DNA of 64,000 bases from Eledone cirrhosa (Eukaryota). This document shows, in pieces, positions 59,630 through 64,000 of this stretch; positions within the stretch are counted from its first letter, which is position 1; each line of letters opens with the position of its first letter. The translations under genes and the position numbers were made by a program. The stretch lies in assembly GCA_964016885.1 (NCBI GenBank), contig OZ024760.1:11160001-11224000 (forward strand), written 5' to 3'. The notes beneath the pieces were generated by a model. The model was not told where the DNA came from, searched no databases, and saw nothing but the letters and a program-made list of their open reading frames with translations.

Positions 59630-60470
59630 GTAGTAGTGGTGGTGGTGGTGATGATGGTGGTGGTGGGGTGATGATGGTGGTGATGGTGGTGGTGGTGGTG
59701 ATGGTGGTGGTGATGGTGGTGGTGATAGTGGTGGTTGTGGTGGTGGTGGTGGTGGTGATGGTGATGGTGGGGTGATGATGGTGGTGATCGTGGTGGTGGT
59801 GGTGGGTGTGATAGTGGTGGTTGTGGTGGTGATAGTGGTGGTTGTGGTGGTGGTGGTGATGGTGATGGTGGGGTGATGATGGTGGTGATAGTGGTGGTTG
59901 TGGTGGTGATAGTGGTGGTTGTGGTGGTGGTGATGGTTGTGGTGGTGGTGGTGGTGGTGATGGTGATGGTGGTGATGGTGGTGGTGGTTGTGGGGGTAGT
60001 GGTGGTGGTTGTGGTGGTGGTGGTGGTGATGGTGGTGGTGATGGTGGTGATAGTGGTGGTGATGGTGATGGTGATGGTGATGGTGGTGATAGTGGTGGTG
60101 GTGGTGATGGTGATGATGAGGAGGATGGTGACGATGATGTTGATGGTGATGACGATGATGTGATGATGATGATGATGATGATGGTGGTGGTGTTGATGGT
60201 GATGGTGATGGTGTGATGATGATGATGGTGGTGGTGTTGATGGTGATGATGATGATGATGGTGGTGGTGATGATAGTGATGGTGGTGGTGATGATGGTGG
60301 TGGTGGTGGTGGTGGCGGTGGTGATGGTGATGATAGTGGTGGTGATGATGGTGGTGGTGGTGGTGATGATGGTGGTGGTGATGGTGGTGATGATGGTGGT
60401 GGTGATGGTGGTGGTGATGGTGGTGGTGGTGGTGATGGTGGTGATGGTGGTGGTGATGGTGGTGATGGAT
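59630..60470. repeat. (GGT/GAT)n array
   Basis: Direct inspection. Confidence 0.95.
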
Positions 60471-60544
60471 CACTTTAGAATAAAATATAAATAAAAATAT
60501 AGTTTAAATATAGAATGATTGAGATAAGAGACGACCATTGTGGC

Positions 60545-60738
60545 TGTGTGTGTGTGTACATGTGTAGGTGTGTGTGTCGTGTGTATATATATATATATAC
60601 ATGTGTAGGTGTGTGTGTGTGTGTATATATATACATGTGTAGGTGTGTGTGTGTGTATGTACATGTGTAGGTGTGTGTGTGTATATATATATACATGTGT
60701 AGGTGTGTGTGTGTGTGTATATATATATACATGTGTAG

Positions 60739-60769
<31 letters not shown>

Positions 60770-61660
60770 CATGTGTAGGTGTGTGTGTGTGTGTATATAT
60801 ATATATACATGTGTAGGTGTGTGTGTGTGTATGTACATGTGTAGGTGTGTGTGTGTGTGTATACATATACATGTGTAGGTGTGTGTGTGTGTATGTACAT
60901 GTGTAGGTGTGTGTGTGTATATATATATACATGTGTAGGTGTGTGTGTGTGTGTATATATATATACATGTGTAGGTGTGTGTGTGTGTGTGTATATATAT
61001 ACATGTGTAGGTGTGTGTGTGTATATATATATATATACATGTGTAGGTGTGTGTGTGTGTGTGTATATATATACATGTGTAGGTGTGTGTGTGTGTGTAT
61101 ATATATACATGTGTAGGTGTGTGTGTGTGTGTATATATATATATACATGTGTAGGTGTGTGTGTGTGTATGTACCTGTGTAGGTGTGTGTGTGTGTGTAT
61201 ATATATATATACATGTGTAGGTGTGTGTGTGTGTGTGTGTATATATATACATGTGTAGGTGTGTGTGTGTGTGTATATATATATATACATGTGTAGGTGT
61301 GTGTGTGTGTGTGTATATATATACATGTGTAGGTGTGTGTGTGTGTGTATATATATATATACATGTGTAGGTGTGTGTGTGTGTATGTACATGTGTAGGT
61401 GTGTGTGTGTGTGTATATATATACATGTGTAGGTGTGTGTGTGTGTATGTACATGTGTAGGTGTGTGTGTGTGTGTATATATATATACATGTGTAGGTGT
61501 GTGTGTGTGTGTATATATATATATACATGTGTAGGTGTGTGTGTGTGTGTGTGTATATATATACATGTGTAGGTGTGTGTGTGTGTGTATATATATATAT
61601 ACATGTGTAGGTGTGTGTGTGTGTATAATATATATATATACATGTGTAGGTGTGTGTGTT
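60545..61660. repeat. Minisatellite acatgtgtagg(tg)n(ta)n, about 30-40 bp unit
   Basis: Direct inspection. Confidence 0.95.
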
Positions 61661-62281
61661 TGTATGTATGTGCATATGTATGTATGTGGGTCTATGCGCA
61701 TATGTGTGTGTGCGTAAAGTAGTGCATGTCTGTGTTTGTATGTGTATATGTTTTTGTGCATGTGTATATATATATGAGTGCGTGTGTGTATGTAAGAATA
61801 TGTGCATGTGTCTGTCTGTGTATGTGTATGTGTCTGTGTCTGTCTGTGTGTGTATATGTGTATATGTGTATGAGTGCATGTGTATATATGTATGTGTATG
61901 TGTCTGTGTCTGTCTGTGTGTGCATGTGTATATGTGTATATGTGTATGAGTGCATGTGTATATATGTATGTGTATGTGTCTTCATGTGGCTGTGTGTGTA
62001 TGTGTATGTGTCCATGTTTATGTATGAGTATATGTATGTTTGTATGTGTATGTGTATGTGTGTATGTGTGTGTATGTGTATGTGTGTGTATGTGCATGTG
62101 GCTGTGTGTGTATGTGTGTATGTCTGACTATAGAGAGACAACAATCTCCTACTCTCTCCCCCTCTCTCTCTCCTCCTCTTCACCCCCACTGTCTATGTCC
62201 CTGTCTATCGCCCTAGTTTTATCTCACTCTTTCTCTCTCTCTCTCTATCACTCACTCTCCCCTTCTTTCTCTCTCTTTCTT

Positions 62282-62327
<46 letters not shown>

Positions 62328-62378
62328 GCTAGATAGGACAATCAATGAATCAATAAACCTATCAATCAATCTAACGCG

Positions 62379-62470
<92 letters not shown>

Positions 62471-62526
62471 ATATGTATAGGTATATAAAGCAGGTATATA
62501 TAACACTCTCTCACACACACACACAC

Positions 62527-62568
<42 letters not shown>

Positions 62569-62633
62569 CACATTTATGGTGGGAATGCCTATAGTAGGTC
62601 ACGCTTAGCATCGTGGACGACTGAATGAGTGAT

Positions 62634-62705
<72 letters not shown>

Positions 62706-62924
62706 AATACATGCATATGCATATATACATACACACGCACACATACACACACATACATATACATATATATACATATATATATACATGTATATATATATAT
62801 ATATACATGTATATATATTTATATATATATATATCTATATATATGTGTGTGTGTATATATATATATATATACATGTATATACATATATATATGTATATGT
62901 ATATACATGTATATATATATATAT

Positions 62925-62956
<32 letters not shown>

Positions 62957-62991
62957 TTATACGTATATATAATATATATACGCATACGTAT

Positions 62992-63040
<49 letters not shown>

Positions 63041-63437
63041 CGTATATATATATATATATATATATATACGTATATATATATAAATATATATATATATGTA
63101 TACATGTATGTATACACACATGTAGAACTACATATATACAAACAGTTTGTCCAATTGACACCTACACTGTGTCTCTATTTATTCAGTTTCTTTGGAAAAC
63201 CTGTCGAAAAACACAATAAATCTTGGCTATTCCATCAATAGCTATTTTCAGAAGCTTGTATTCGCAACGTCCGCCATTTTGTCAATTAAATAACCGATGT
63301 GTATAGCAATGGCGGCAAATATGTCTGTTTATTTTTACGCTTTCTTCACCATTCAGCGTCCCTGTTGTGTTTTTTCTCTTTCATCCTCAGATCTATCTTC
63401 TCCCCACTTTATACAATTAAACCCCACTTTAGACGTG

Positions 63438-63489
<52 letters not shown>

Positions 63490-63605
63490 TGTGTGTAGTT
63501 ATATATATATATATATATAACTATTCACACCGAATATTGTAAAGATGTATAACTGAATGACTCTTTGTATAAACACGCACACAATCGCACGCACAATACA
63601 ATCAC

Positions 63606-63691
<86 letters not shown>

Positions 63692-63776
63692 TGTGTGTGT
63701 GTTTGTGTTTTATATGCATATATATATATATACATATATATACTTCTATATAAGAATGCATACATATTTGGACTCC

Positions 63777-63817
<41 letters not shown>

Positions 63818-63849
63818 TTAGACACAAACATACACACACACATATATAC

Positions 63850-63881
<32 letters not shown>

Positions 63882-64000
63882 GTGTGTATATATATATGAC
63901 GGAGTCCTGTGTGTTTTTATACAAAAAAGGAGAGAAATAGTACGAGAGAGGGTGAGTATGTGAGAGAGACAGAGTGAGGGAGAGGGTGAGTATGTGAGAG

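Overview
AT-rich, non-coding animal DNA, mostly microsatellites ((TA)n, (CA)n, (GA)n, ACC/AAC/GTT triplets) with one 200-N gap. The SINE types and repeat landscape suggest an octopod cephalopod (inference). No credible protein-coding gene was found; nearly all listed ORFs are low-complexity artefacts. Recognisable elements are many tRNA-derived SINEs (a Nin/Deu-domain-like and a CORE-like family), an internally deleted mariner with a nested MITE, a second Tc1-type MITE, a non-autonomous Helitron, RTE LINE 3' fragments and several minisatellites. The main signal is about 15 or more minimal type I hammerhead ribozyme (HHR) motifs (stem I-CUGANGA-stem II-GAAA-stem III-NUH-stem I) from roughly eight distinct short element families. 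Family letters A-H are my own labels. These elements mostly sit in (TA)n arrays and many are fold-back palindromes, as expected for Penelope-like retroelement (PLE) pseudo-LTRs. Six families share a small ACTC...TGAGTRC hairpin downstream of the ribozyme, and the inverted arm stops just before it. All structures were read by eye; no searches or folding were run, and boundaries are approximate.
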